Shown here in pieces: positions 23,799 to 36,033 of a DNA stretch of 64,000 bases. Both the position numbers and the translations under genes were made by a program. The notes beneath the pieces are model-generated. The model worked only from the letters and a program-made list of their open reading frames with translations. It did no database searches and was not told the origin of the DNA. The stretch comes from Rhynchopus sp. YZ270_cl-10. Taxonomy: Eukaryota. Within the stretch, counting starts at the first letter, position 1; every line of letters begins with the position of its first letter. The stretch covers positions 744,001 through 808,000 of the forward strand of contig OZ037837.1 in the NCBI GenBank assembly GCA_964035575.1. The letters run 5' to 3'.

Positions 23799-24837
23799 AT
23801 GTGACCACGTGTGACTTGTCACACCTGTGCGCAAAAAAAAACGCAAAACCCGGAATGCGAATCGCAAAAATTCGCAAACATTCGCAAAAAATCGCAAAAA
23901 TTCGCACTGCGAATTTTTCGCGTTTTTTCCCCGATTTTTCCTGGTTTGCGAATTTCGTAGCAGAATACTACCCCTGATCACCCCAATTTTGCCTTTTTGG
24001 CCAAAATCACAAATTTTTTTTTTTTGAAAACGCCGTTTCGCCGTTTTGCCTTTTAAAAAAACGCCGTTTTCAAAATTGGCGAAGCGCCGTTCCCCCCGAG
24101 AAATCGGCGTTTTCAAAGCGACAAAACGCCGTTTCCTGTCGTCATTTTTTGAGAAAAAGGATCTGGCAAAATCATAAAAGTAGCGTACCGTGCGCCTGCG
24201 GCGCAAGCTTACATCACACCCTTCCCATGCTGTAAAATAGTGCAATTTTAAGCGCGATTTTTGAAATGTTGCGTACCGTGGCTTCGCCAGGAACCTTTGG
24301 TTACCTGACTAACCTTTGGTTAGGCCATAGCCACCATTTCTTTTATAAATTTACTAAGGTTACTGATAAGAAGGCGGACACCCACTACGGATTGCGGATC
24401 ACCAGTGGCTGAAAGCTACCAAGGCACAGAGGAGGGAAGCTTTCCCGCAGAGAAGGGTTGAGGTGGTGTAGGTTGGCCGTGCATCACAAAATGCCGAGAA
24501 TATTTTTCGCTGAGTTTTCCGCACAGAAAAAAATGACTGCCTCACACAAAACCACCTTTTTGGTGGAGGCTAGGGGGGCTATATAATACCCTCTGTGGCT
24601 GGCAGGGAGGCGCGCGCGACGACCGCTTTCAACGGGGGGAAAATTTTTTTTTGGCCTGGAAAAAAAAAAAAGTGTCGCCGTTTTGCTTTTTTCCACTTTC
24701 GGCAAAGTTAGCAATATGCCTGCTTGCGACGTCTACGCAGACGTTAACGCACAGTACTCTTCTACCCCATTGCAGGACTATACAACACAATGCCTGCATC
24801 GCTAATAGCGGATACGATACCCTACACTACCACATAC

Positions 24838-26388
24838 CTTCGAATTGACATTCGAGACAACTGTTGCCGACTGCGTTGCATCTGCAATCGGATTTGCATT
24901 CCCCCCTAGCAGCTTCGAATCGAGCACTGCGTCCACCGTCTTCGTGTCAAACGCATACACATCCAACCCCGCCATGCCCATCGGCGCCCCCACCCCACGC
25001 AACCCCACTGCCCCATAGTCCCCTACCCACTCCACGGTAAACTGAATCGCATCCACTCCGTTGATCTGCCCCACTGCGTACTCTATTGTCACATCTGCCG
25101 ACGTTGCGACGCTCTCTTTACACTGCATCACAAACACATCCGCCGGGGTCGGAACCGGAGTATCCGGAGCAACAGTTTCCGGCACCCCTGGTATCCCTGT
25201 TGGTGGCGCTTCTGTGAGAGGTGGATTGGTCGGAGGTGACGGAGTAGGGGGTGACGGTGTCGGAGGGGAAAGCGTCGGTGGTGATGGAGTAGGTGGCGAT
25301 GGAGTCTCCGGCGCATCGGTCCGACATTGCACCTGAGGGAGGGTCCAGGATAATCTGCCAACTTTTGAATGTTTTGCCCACGATAAATCTGCTACTGCTC
25401 CGCTTCCGATTGCCCACGCAAATCCATAGGTTCCACCCCCTACTAATGGCACATCATCCGCACTGTTTGTATCCAATAAACGATAGAACACGATGTCACC
25501 GTTTTCATGACTCACAATAACTGCGGAGGAGAGCGCGTCCTTTGCGGTAGGGGCTTGGTTTAGGGTGCCGGAAAATGGTTGAAAATCGTTGATTTGAGTG
25601 GGAAAGGTTCTGTCAAATGCATATATGTCTAGCCCCTCCATTCTGTCTACGTTATCAGCACGCCATCCTACGGCACCGTACCCTGCTACATATGTAATTT
25701 GAAATTGTATCGCAGATTTGCCAACAACATCTCCAAGCTCATAAGATATTTTCATAGATGGTTCTCCGGTTTCAATAGGGATTGGCCCGCAGGAAGCAGT
25801 GAATTCTTGCGCAGGAACTAATGTTGAGGCAGGACAGCTCGCGAAATTTACCATAGATTTTCCGACGTTTCCTGCAGTATGCATCTGCCAGGTAGTTCCT
25901 GCGGCGCCACTACCGGAGGCCCAACCAAATGAAAAATCGGTGTCTAAAGGAATTACAAAATCTTCGGAGTCTCCAGTATCAAGAAGACGATGAAATGTGA
26001 CAGTAGTCCCCGAGTGAGCGGTTAGGATGAGATTGTTGGTGGCATCCGGTGTAGGCATACCAGAGATCTTCATGAGTGTGCAGTCCATTACACTGTTTAT
26101 GATGGTGGAGTCGAATGCAAAAATATCAAAATTTTCCATTCCAGTTGCATCCACCGCACGAAATCCTACCGCTCCATATCCCGATGCAAACGACACAGTC
26201 ATCTCAATCGCCGCCACCCCTGCCACATGCCCAATCGAATACGTTCCGCTCATCCCTCCACCAAGAGGTAGCATAGATGGACCACATTCTTCAACAAACT
26301 GCGCATCGCTTGAAGAAGTTAAAAGCAGGAGAAAAAGGAAATGGTGGAAGAGGAGGAACAGAGGGGTGGTGGAGCTTCTCAAAATCAT
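24838..26388 (-). CDS. Exon 1 of multi-DOMON/EGF type I membrane protein (joined product ~1140 aa)
   Basis: ATG 26388 with signal peptide MILRSSTTPLFLLFHHFLFLLLL. DOMON motifs GYGAVGFR...GMENFDI...FHRLLDTGD...FGWASG...WQMH, a PPTPS linker, and an end at a GT donor. Confidence 0.85.
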
Positions 26389-29300
26389 TTTTTTATTTTT
26401 GGAGAAATAATGAAAAAGGGAAGGGGAAGGGAAGGGAGGGGAATGTGTTTTTGGGGGTATGTCAGTGAAGACCCCTATTCTGTCCTGGAGTGGGGAGGTG
26501 TTTTTGTGATTTGAGTGAAATACTACAGGTGTCAATAGCTATCTTCACACAGGAAAAACGGGAAACGAAATAGGGGGAGAGGTTTGTTAGTTGTACGCTT
26601 TCACAAAAAAAGTGCGAATCACCCCCCTGCAGCCACACCAAAAATTGTGACCTTTTTTTGTCTTTTAATTATACTTATCGATTGTTCCAAAAACACACTT
26701 TTCGTGTGAAAAAAAAGGGGGGTATTTTTTACTAAAATGAAAACAAGAGAAAGGAAGAGAGAAAAAATAAAATGAATGTATCTCTTGTGCACAGTACATC
26801 TAGAAATTAGAAGAAAAAAGAGAAAAAAAATAATATTGAAAGATGAATGTGTCTCTCTCTTGTGCACATTCATTAAAAAGAAAATCTTCCTAAATCGGAG
26901 GTTATTGCCGCCTAAAAATTGGGTTTTATTGGATTTGAAGAAAAAAACGCATTTTTTCCTCTCCTTTTTTCCTCTTTGAAGGAAACCCTTGACGGAGTTG
27001 CGCTTTTAGTTTTTTAAAAAAAATGGACAAAATAATCATTTCTTGAGAACACCCCCTAAAATGATGTGCTGCAGTCAAAAGTCACCAAGGGACTTTGTTA
27101 GAGAAAAGGGGGAAATACGAAGTCACAGCGAACAGCACCCAACACGTCGTACTCGTCAGGGTGGGGATACTAGTAGCGCTACCAGTCCAAATGACTAGTG
27201 TTTTTTTTTTACGACTCATGTTACGATCTCATTCGTAGCGTTACAGTTGGATAAGTAATATTGGCGACCAAAAAAGTCGCCAATTTGCAAGAAAAAAAGA
27301 CCCCCAAAATCCGCCGATATTATTTGGTCGCCAAGTTTCTTGTCCAACTGTAGTAAACTAAGTCGTTTTGTATAGTCGTGCTTTACTACGTAGCGTACCT
27401 TCCCCTGACTGGTAGTGAAAGGGGTGCGAGAAACTACATTACGCAAGGTATATCTCATCGCTTCGGATCGCAGCAGAGAAGGGGTGCGGGTGGGGGTTAT
27501 CCTGCTGAGGTTAAACATGCACCAAAGGGGGGGAGGGGGGACTACTGGCATAAGAAGATTTGATTTATTGTTATCTTCAAAGAAAACCACGTAGTACCCG
27601 CAAGCAGTTACAGTAATCCAAAGAAACGTCGGAGAGAGTAAACAAACCCCTCCTTAGTTAGGGCTTCAAAAACCCCATTACACCTTGTGGATCTCTCTTT
27701 GCATCACTGTATCACACAGTGGGGTTTTTCACAAAAAAAAAAATCTAGTGAGGGTGTTGCGTGCAATTCAACACAAAAAAATAAAAGAAAAGTTTGTAAG
27801 ATGATCCCAAGCCTCTCGTGCTTAGTCACCTTTTAAAAAAGGGGGAGTGAGGAAGGGAAGGGAGAAAAGAGCAGTTTTGAGTAAAGAAGCGGGGGAGGGG
27901 GGGCTAATGGGTTTGGAAAAGTATTGCGCAGTAATTGATTGTATTTTTTTTGCCAAGCAAAATTATAGACATGATTTGCTGTCTTTTTTATTTGAAAAAC
28001 TTGGTTTGTATTAGTGTAGCCACCCTAGAGTGTGCTCCACTATTTATATATTTCCTCCTCCCCTTTCACGGCACGGTGTTGTTCACCTCCCTTAGCCCCT
28101 CGCCGCTTTGGGGGGGTACAGACAGCACACCTTTTTTTTGCATTTTCTGATGAATTCTGACGGCATACAGCCAAATACCCAACACACTGACGTTGTTTAT
28201 GCTGTTTTTTTCTTTTTCTTTTGATAAATTGTTGGAGTAGTGTAGTTGCCTCGGTTGTGTTGCCACAGTTGTGCAATCTCCACTGTCTTCTTTTTTTCTC
28301 TCTTTTTTTAGGGGGGAGGGGTTTTTATGGGTCTGGTAAGTGCCCGTACCGTATCGTGAACGGGGGCGGTTCTCAACCGCTCGTGGCCAGAAAAACAAAA
28401 AAAATGCAAAAGTCATCACATTGCCTACAACCATACAGACCGAACACGCACTGAGGGTATAGGACTCACCCTTAGCAATGGCTTACTGTTCAGGCCACGC
28501 TAGGTCGTTGGACATACAGAGAAGGGGGGGATAGCCAAGTGGTTGTATTGTGTGTGCTCGGGCAGTAGCTACTATCAGCGCACTGAAGCAAATACGAACA
28601 ACACCGCCAGAGGGTTTTTCGCTACCCCCGATTCTCGGTGTGTTGACCTTTACAAAAAAAGAAAAGTTTATAAGATGATCCTAAGCCTCTCGTGCTTAGT
28701 AACCTTTTGTATAAAAAAAAAATGTTTGGTGTGGCTGAATGGAGGGGCGGAAAAAGGGTGGAAAAAAAGTGCGGGAAAAGTGCGAATCACCCCCCTTCAG
28801 CCATATCAATGTTAGTAAGGTTAACCTTTGGCCTCTCAGGGCTTTTAGCCAACCCCCTATATAATACTTTCATCATATGCAATCAATTAAACTGATAGTA
28901 TATGGTGAGGGATCAACAAAAATGTTCCCATCTTTCCCCTATATAAAAAAAAAATATCTAAAATGCCCGCGTGTGAGTTTCTGGGTGTATTTTTTTTGGG
29001 TCACACTTTACGGAGGAAAGGGAGGTTTGTAGTGGAGGTGTTGATTGTGGCAAATCAGTTTTTTTTTCTTCTTTGGTGGCTGAATGGGGGGCGCAAAAAG
29101 TGCGGGAAAAGTGCGCAAGAAGTGCGAATCACCCCCCCTTCAGCCACATCATTGTTTTTTTTTTGCTGTTTTTTTTTTTTTTTTTGTGATTGATAATCAG
29201 TTGTTTGGGGGATCGGCCGTTTCACAACCTCTCCCTTTTGTCTTATCTTTATTGGTCTGTGGGGATGGGTAAACACAAAAAGGAAAAGTCGGAGTGGGGT

Positions 29301-29753
29301 GTTCAATTGTTAAGGGAACGGGATAGGACGTGGCTAAATAGTCTTCATCTTCATCGAATTCTATAAGAATTGAAAGGAAAAATCCGTTATTTAGCCGAGG
29401 GGGATGGGATGGGATGGGGGCTGATTGGGAAGGAGGGAAAAGAGGGACACCCCATCAGCATGATAAAAAATAGGCCAAAACTAATTAAAAGAAAGACCAA
29501 AAAAAAAAATTTAAAGATGAACATGCCGTGAACACACATCTGGAACACATTTTTCGGGCATGAATCTAAGCCTCTCGGACACATGGTATATTTTGCATTG
29601 TCAACAAAAAAACAATCCAACATGCCCCCCACAGTCAAAAAAAAACCCCCCCTCCCTTCCCAACATTTTTACTAAATTTTATTTTTTTTTTGAAAACTTG
29701 GTTGTATTAGTGTAGCCACCCTAGAGTGTGCTCCAGTATTTCTTTTTATATTT

Positions 29754-31280
29754 TCATGCCTCCTTTTGAACGCTCTTCGCTCTCGGGTGTGTCTTCAGCT
29801 TGTCTCCTGCACTTGCAGCACGACGTCTGAAGAAAAGCACTGTCGCAATCAGAGTCAGATACGCACCAAAGACCTGAGCACCGACGACAACACTCGGCGC
29901 AAACCCAAAGGCCAGCGCACAGACCACCAACGTGAAGTACTCCAGCTCCCCGAAGAGCAGCCCGACCGGGTTCACACTTCCCTTTGCGAGATAATGGTCG
30001 GAGTCCCAGTTGCGCCATCCGAGGTGTGTCATCTGCAGGCACTCTGTGAACTGCCACGTCGAAAAAACGCTCATCTGCAAAATACGAAGAAAGCACACCG
30101 CGAAGGCAATTTGGGGCAGACTCAGGGCACCATTCGCGTCCAAAAAGAGGGAATAAAACTGTGTTTTATATTCCAAATGGAAGGCTTCGACTGCGGCAAA
30201 TTGGCTGTTTGGGTCGATAGTTGCGGTTTGGTTTTGAATCGCTCCTAATGCCATCACATCAGCAGACCCTTCTGCCGCTGTGATCAAAAAACGGTATCCA
30301 AACACTCCGATGAAGACATTCGAGGCCCAGCACACCTGCGCAGGGAGACGCAAATAAAACCTACAGATCTCTCTCGTAAACAACGCTGTAAGCATTCCAT
30401 AAATCATGATATACGCAATGTGCGCACCATCCCCTTCAAAGATGTGTCCCAACTCAGCAATAGGCGCAACAACCTTCCCAGCAGAGTACCCTGCAACCGC
30501 CGCATTAATAAACAACGCGCTAAGCACATAGTAGCACACCTGAAGCGAGAGCGCATACACTCTGTGATACCAGATCGCGTCAACCAAACCCTTCCTCACG
30601 AAGGTCATCATCAGGGGGGCAATCTGAATTCCCAACATCGGAGAAAATGCGAGAAGGGGAGAACCGTAGAGGCACCAAACCGTTGCATAAAACTGCCTCT
30701 GCGCATACAAAAACTTTACAACAGTACGGTCTTCAGGGACAACCGCATCGGGGTAGGCCATGGAGTTTGTGGTCCTCTCCTCTTTGCTTCCCCAGGTGTT
30801 GGTAATGTGGTCTGCGATGTTGCAGACTGTCCAGAGAAGACCCGCTTTGACAAATGCACTGAGAGCTGCAGCAGAGGGGGTGGTAGCGTGAATGTCAAAG
30901 TCGCGGGAAAAGATTTTGCTTTGCGTGGTATCGTTAAGAAGGTACTGTACGGCGCCGTCAAAATACAGCGCATTGTCAAGCAGGTAGAGCACAGTGAACA
31001 CCGCATGCCTGCTTGCGAAGAGAATGGAGTGCATGCGGAACTCTGCCCAGATCATCGGGGCGGAGTGGTTTCTTCCCAAAGGGAGGGGCAGGAGGAGGGA
31101 GGACAGAGAGAGCACGGCGTGGAGCGAGACAAACGCGACCTCATACCAGACGAAGTCGATGCCAAAGGCTTTCCCAAAGGCGAAGAGGTTGAAGAATCGG
31201 TAGAGATAATGCAGAAGGCAGATGAGGCCGAGGATTTTGTGCAGATTGTAGGGGTCGTGATTGGTGAAGAGTTTCGCCAT
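29754..31280 (-). CDS. Multipass membrane protein of unknown function (508 aa)
   Basis: Clean ATG-to-stop ORF with many hydrophobic segments. Distinctive motifs KLFTNHDPYNLHKILGLICLLHY, PMIWAEFRMHSILFASR and QIAPLMMTFVRKG. Confidence 0.8.
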   Translation of the reverse strand: MAKLFTNHDPYNLHKILGLICLLHYLYRFFNLFAFGKAFGIDFVWYEVAFVSLHAVLSLSSLLLPLPLGRNHSAPMIWAEFRMHSILFASRHAVFTVLYLLDNALYFDGAVQYLLNDTTQSKIFSRDFDIHATTPSAAALSAFVKAGLLWTVCNIADHITNTWGSKEERTTNSMAYPDAVVPEDRTVVKFLYAQRQFYATVWCLYGSPLLAFSPMLGIQIAPLMMTFVRKGLVDAIWYHRVYALSLQVCYYVLSALFINAAVAGYSAGKVVAPIAELGHIFEGDGAHIAYIMIYGMLTALFTREICRFYLRLPAQVCWASNVFIGVFGYRFLITAAEGSADVMALGAIQNQTATIDPNSQFAAVEAFHLEYKTQFYSLFLDANGALSLPQIAFAVCFLRILQMSVFSTWQFTECLQMTHLGWRNWDSDHYLAKGSVNPVGLLFGELEYFTLVVCALAFGFAPSVVVGAQVFGAYLTLIATVLFFRRRAASAGDKLKTHPRAKSVQKEA

Positions 31281-31831
31281 TTTTAAAAAAAGAAGAAAAA
31301 GAAAAAGGAGGAAACAGGTGAAGTAGTTTTCCTGTGAGGTGTTTTTTTTGGGAAATGTTGTGGTGTTGTATTGTGTTGGAAAGTTTTGTTTTAGACAACA
31401 AAAAGGTGTTGCCAGTTTTCAAATGAGAGTTGCTATTTTTTGCAAGGAAGGGAAGGGGGCGAGTAAAAAAAATGGGTTGCAAAGTGTGAAGCAGAATATT
31501 GTGAAACATCACAAAATGCTGAACTGAAATAAAAGAGAGAGAAAACTACAGTGAGGAGCGTGGAAAGCTGGCAAAGAGAATCCAAAGCTCCCTGTGTGTG
31601 GTTGTACGCATGACGGGAGTGGTGTATGTGACGTGGTGCCGAGAGAGGGCAGGCTGGTGTGTAGATGAGGATGCAGCTGGGTCAGGGATCAGGGATGCTC
31701 GACGTCCTGGCACCGAGGCTGACTCAGAGATGCGCTGCACAGTGTATGTGGGGTGTGGGGAAGTGGAACATCAGGTGAGGCATGTGGGGTTGCTTTGTTT
31801 TTGGTCTTTTCCTTACGGCCACCTGTTGTCA

Positions 31832-32501
31832 CAAAGATGGATTAAATCCAGGGTCCAAATAATAAAATCTATTTAATCCAATAAAATCCAATTAAATCCA
31901 ATTAAATCTAATAAAATCCAATTAAATCCAATTAAATCCAGTGAGTGGGGGTTTAGAAGGAAAAGCTGGAAAAAGTTGGCAGAGAAACCCGCACACCTGT
32001 CCCACCCCCCAAGCGCACCTACCTCTTGACTTACAAAGTTACTACAGTGAAATACAATACAATACAGTACAATACAAACAGACCACCTGATTTTTACCCC
32101 GCATATAGGCACGTACAGGTGCGTATATTCCCTATATGTACCTAGACGGTCCTCTACGGACCTATACGCACCTGTACGTGCCTATATGCGGGGTAAAAAT
32201 CAGGTGGTCTGTTTGTATTGTACTGTATTGTATTGTATTTCACTGTAGTAACTTTGTAAGTCAAGAGGTAGGTGCGCTTGGGGGGTGGGACAGGTGTGCA
32301 GGTTTCTCTGCCAACTTTTTCCAGCTTTTCCTTCTAACCCCCCACTCACTGGATTTGATTAAATTTTATTGGATTTAATTGGTCTACTGGAGGGAGATAC
32401 TTTTAATTGGATTTAATTAAAAAATACGGGTAATAAAATCCAATAAAATCCAATTAAATCCAATTAATAAAATCCAATTAAATACTGGCTTGCCATCTTT
32501 G
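31832..32501. mobile_element. 670-bp foldback element with 9-bp TSD (Mutator-like)
   Basis: TSD CTGTTGTCA at 31823-31831 and 32502-32510; termini CAAAGATGG/CCATCTTTG. Inverted arms of ~195 bp (~31934-32126 / 32163-32356) and AATCCAATTA repeats. Empty site at ~38061-38069. Confidence 0.9.
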
Positions 32502-32823
32502 CTGTTGTCAGAGGTGGGTATTTTTTCAAACGTTACAAAGTTGTTAAAACAAATAACCGCTTTTATTTTTCCTTCCTTCAAAACTTCACACACAACGCTT
32601 TCGGTTTTTGGAAGACACACAAGGTGCCGGGTTCTATGATATGCACGGAACCACCCTGCACCTGTTTGTCATATATATTGTTTCCCGTGCAATACATGGG
32701 GAAACGTTTCACGTCGAAACTAGGGAAAGCTTTTTGATAAAATAATAAAACCTACATTCTTGAGCTCTTCTATACGAAATGATTTTCATTGGACGCATCC
32801 TCCAACGCCAATTTCTCTTTCCT

Positions 32824-34979
32824 TTTTCAACTTACCTTCCTTCACCCCCCCTGTAAGGGTAACCGTAGGTGAAGTAAGGTATAGTATTGAAATCGATGTG
32901 GGGGGGAGTAAAGGGTCAATTTTACAAAACCAGATTTTGAGGAAAATTTTAGCCGAAAATGGGCCCACGTATAAGCAACCGGGCTCATATTTCCCAAAAT
33001 TTAAGTGGTCAAAAAATTGTCCAATTTTCGAGATTGACCCCACCACTGCACGGGCGGAGCCCAAAAATGCAAATAAGGACCCTTTTTCAACTTACCTTCC
33101 TTCACCCCCCCTGTAAGGGTAACCGTAGGTGAAGTAAGGTATAGTATTGAAATCGATGTGGGGGGGGAGTAAAGGGTCAATTTTACAAAACCAGATTTTG
33201 AGGAAAATTTTAGCCGAAAATGGGCCCACGTATAAGCAACCGGGCTCATATTTCCCAAAATTTAAGTGGTCAAAAAATTGTCCAATTTTCGAGATTGACC
33301 CCACCACTGCACGGGCGGAGCCCAAAAATGCAAATAAGGACCCTTTTCAATTTTCAACTTACCTTCCTTCACCCCCCCTGTAAGGGTAACCGTAGGTGAA
33401 GTAAGGTATAGTATTGAAATCGATGTGGGGGGGGAGTAAAGGGTCAATTTTACAAAACCAGATTTTGAGGAAAATTTTAGCCGAAAATGGGCCCACGTAT
33501 AAGCAACCGGGCTCATATTTCCCAAAATTTAAGTGGTCAAAAAATTGTCCAATTTTCGAGATTGACCCCACCACTGCACGGGCGGAGCCCAAAAATGCAA
33601 ATAAGGACCCTTTTCAATTTGTTCTCTTGAAATGTGTAATTTCATGTTTTCGCGAAAAAAATTACAACTGATCCTACAAGGGTTGAAGGAAGGTGGTTGA
33701 AAACAACAATAACAACAAGGACAAGTAATTGCTAAGAAAAAAGCGGGGTGTGCTGTGGAAAACTCCGCACGATTTTCGAAACCACCGTAGCATCCTGGCG
33801 ATTTGCTGGAGGTGCTGATGCGCCTGGTGTGATCGATGTGTTGTAGTCTGTGCATTCTGTGTTCCTTCCTTCCGCACTGCTCCAACGACGACGACAATGT
33901 GGGGAGCCTGTGGACAAAAACGAGCTGGAACACGCGGAGCCTGCCGAGCTGACGTCCAACAAAGCTATCGAGCAGATGGTGCTGGACGAAGAGGACAGCC
34001 CCTTCTTGAACGTTTCAGATGCTGGCGTCCCAGTGGGTCTGGCAGCGCACGAAGAGCGTTAGCATACCTGCTGCAGAAGAGCAGAAAGCTGGGCGTGTTG
34101 TAGATTATTTCTACAGGATGGAGTTCCACATCACACCCCGTTTTTTTTCCGGTAGCAATTACTTGTTTTCAACTTACCTTCCTTCACCCCCCTGTAAGGG
34201 CAACCGTAGGTGAAGTAAGGTATAGTATTGAAATCGATGTGGGGGGGGAGTAAAGGGTCAATTTTACAAAACCAGATTTTGAGGAAAATTTTAGCCGAAA
34301 ATGGGCCCCACGTATAAGCAACCGGGCTCATATTTCTCAAAATTTAAGTGGTCAAAAAATTGTCCAATTTTCGAGATTGACCCCACCACTGCACGGGCGG
34401 AGCCCAAAAATGCAAATAAGGACCCTTTTTAATTTGTTCTCTTGAAATGTGTAATTTCATGTTTTCGCGAAAAAAATAACAACTGATCCTACAAGGGTTG
34501 AAGGAAGGTGGTTGAAAACAACAATAACAACAAGGACAAGTAATTGCTAAGAAAAAAGCGGGGTGTGCTGTGGAAAACTCTGCGTGATTTTCGAAACCAC
34601 CGTAGCATCCTGGCGATTTGCTGGAGGTGCTGATGTGCCTGGTGTGATCGATGTGTTGTAGTCTGTGCATTCTGTGTTCCTTCCGCACTGCTCCAACGAC
34701 GACGACAATGTGGGGAGCCTGTGGACAAAAACGAGCTGGACCACGCCGAGCCTGCCGAGCGGGCGTCCAACAACGCTATCGAGCAGATGGTGCTGGACGA
34801 AGAGGACAGCCCCCCTTCTTGAACGTTTCAGATGCTGGCGTCCCAGTGGGTCTGGCAGCGTACGAAGAGCGTTAGCATACCTGCAGAAGAGCAGAATGCT
34901 GGGTGTGTTGTAGATTATTTCTACAGGATGGAGTTCCACAGCACACCCCGTTTTTTTTTTTCCGATAGCAATTACTTGT
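32824..34979. repeat. Tandem array of a ~260-bp MITE arm plus two copies of an ~810-bp two-MITE composite
   Basis: TTCAACTTACCTTCCTTCACCCCCC starts units at ~32825, 33085, 33352 and 34167. A second element with TIR ACAAGTAATTGCTA/TAGCAATTACTTGT lies at 33721-34166 and 34536-34979. Confidence 0.85.
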
Positions 34980-36033
34980 TTTTTTTTCCAAATGGAAAAC
35001 GCTAATAACTTTTTGACCCCCCTCTGTAAGTGTTGGTTGAATTGGAGTCGGGGAGCACAAGCAAAGGGCAATGAAAGGAAAACAATGAGTAAAGAATAAG
35101 ATAGAAGAGCCAGTATTTATGTCTGAACTACACACACAATTCCAATCATTCGAGCCGAAGACACCCAAACATTTCGGCTTGTATTATTTCCTTACAACCG
35201 TACGCGTTCCGCTTCGTCTGTTGTATACAAAAAATTAATGAAACACAAAAACCAAGCGCATGTGGAAGAAAAAAGAAAAGAAAATATTTTTTCTGATTCA
35301 AAGTGGTGTTTACGTTTTGGGTACGGGGCGGAGAATAAAATCTGTTCGATAAAAGAAACGCAAGCTTTTTTGTTTTATCTTGTTCAGAATCCCCTCCCGC
35401 GTTTTACCCGAAAAACAGAACATTTTTGTCTACAGTTAACATATTGGTCTTGTCGGACCTGAGAAAACGCGTGCATGTTGCATACACATGCACACTTGCA
35501 CCCAACGATGAGGCTCATTGATACATTGCAACGAAGTTCACATTGTGGGAAATGGGGTGACAAAAAGAACAAAAAAAAACACGCACAAAATAAGCAATTG
35601 CAAAGAAAACAACGGGGTGCTGTGGATATGGGTTGAGTGCTCCAGGAATTCCACCCTGCAGAAATCCCAGATATTACTCAGTATATTACTCACACAGTAG
35701 TATTACAAACATCCAAAACTCAAAAATGAAAACAAAACCAATTTAGTGGACACACTTCTGATCCTAAGAAGGACCCCACCCTCACCTTCCCTCACCCAAA
35801 CCCCAAAGAAATGCTCTGTTGTTCACAACACCCAGCCAACCCTCTCAAATCCTCCCAATTGTTTCGTATGACTCATCCCAACAAACCCCACCTCACTCTG
35901 TCACCACCTCCCAAAAATAATAAAGAAGCACACCTCAGCACAGTGCAGAGCAGCCGTCGTGCAGCTGACCACACAGTGCGAGGGGTGAAGATGTACAACA
36001 ACAACTGCTACAAAGTGAACGTATTCTTGCTTC

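Larger units (their letters stand above)
19237..23984. mobile_element. ~4.75-kb non-autonomous TIR element carrying three satellites and two nested insertions
   Basis: GGGGTGATCAGGGGTAGTATTCTGC at 19237-19261 and its exact reverse complement at 23960-23984. Homology continues inward (AAATTCGCAAA), with TCGCAAAAA subterminal repeats. Confidence 0.8.
16886..24837 (-). other. 7952-bp phase-0 GT-AG spliceosomal intron filled with transposons and satellites
   Basis: Donor AAG|GTATGT at 24837 and acceptor TTTTCAG|ATT at 16886. The joined peptide NVNSK|IIFHRLMDT matches the sister DOMON repeats (VTFHRLLDT, IVFYRLLDT). Confidence 0.85.

Noticed and set aside
21710..24245. 680-820 aa ORFs (GTGYWVL / PVPSTQY repeats)
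   Set aside because: Translation of a stop-free heptamer satellite, open on both strands in most frames.
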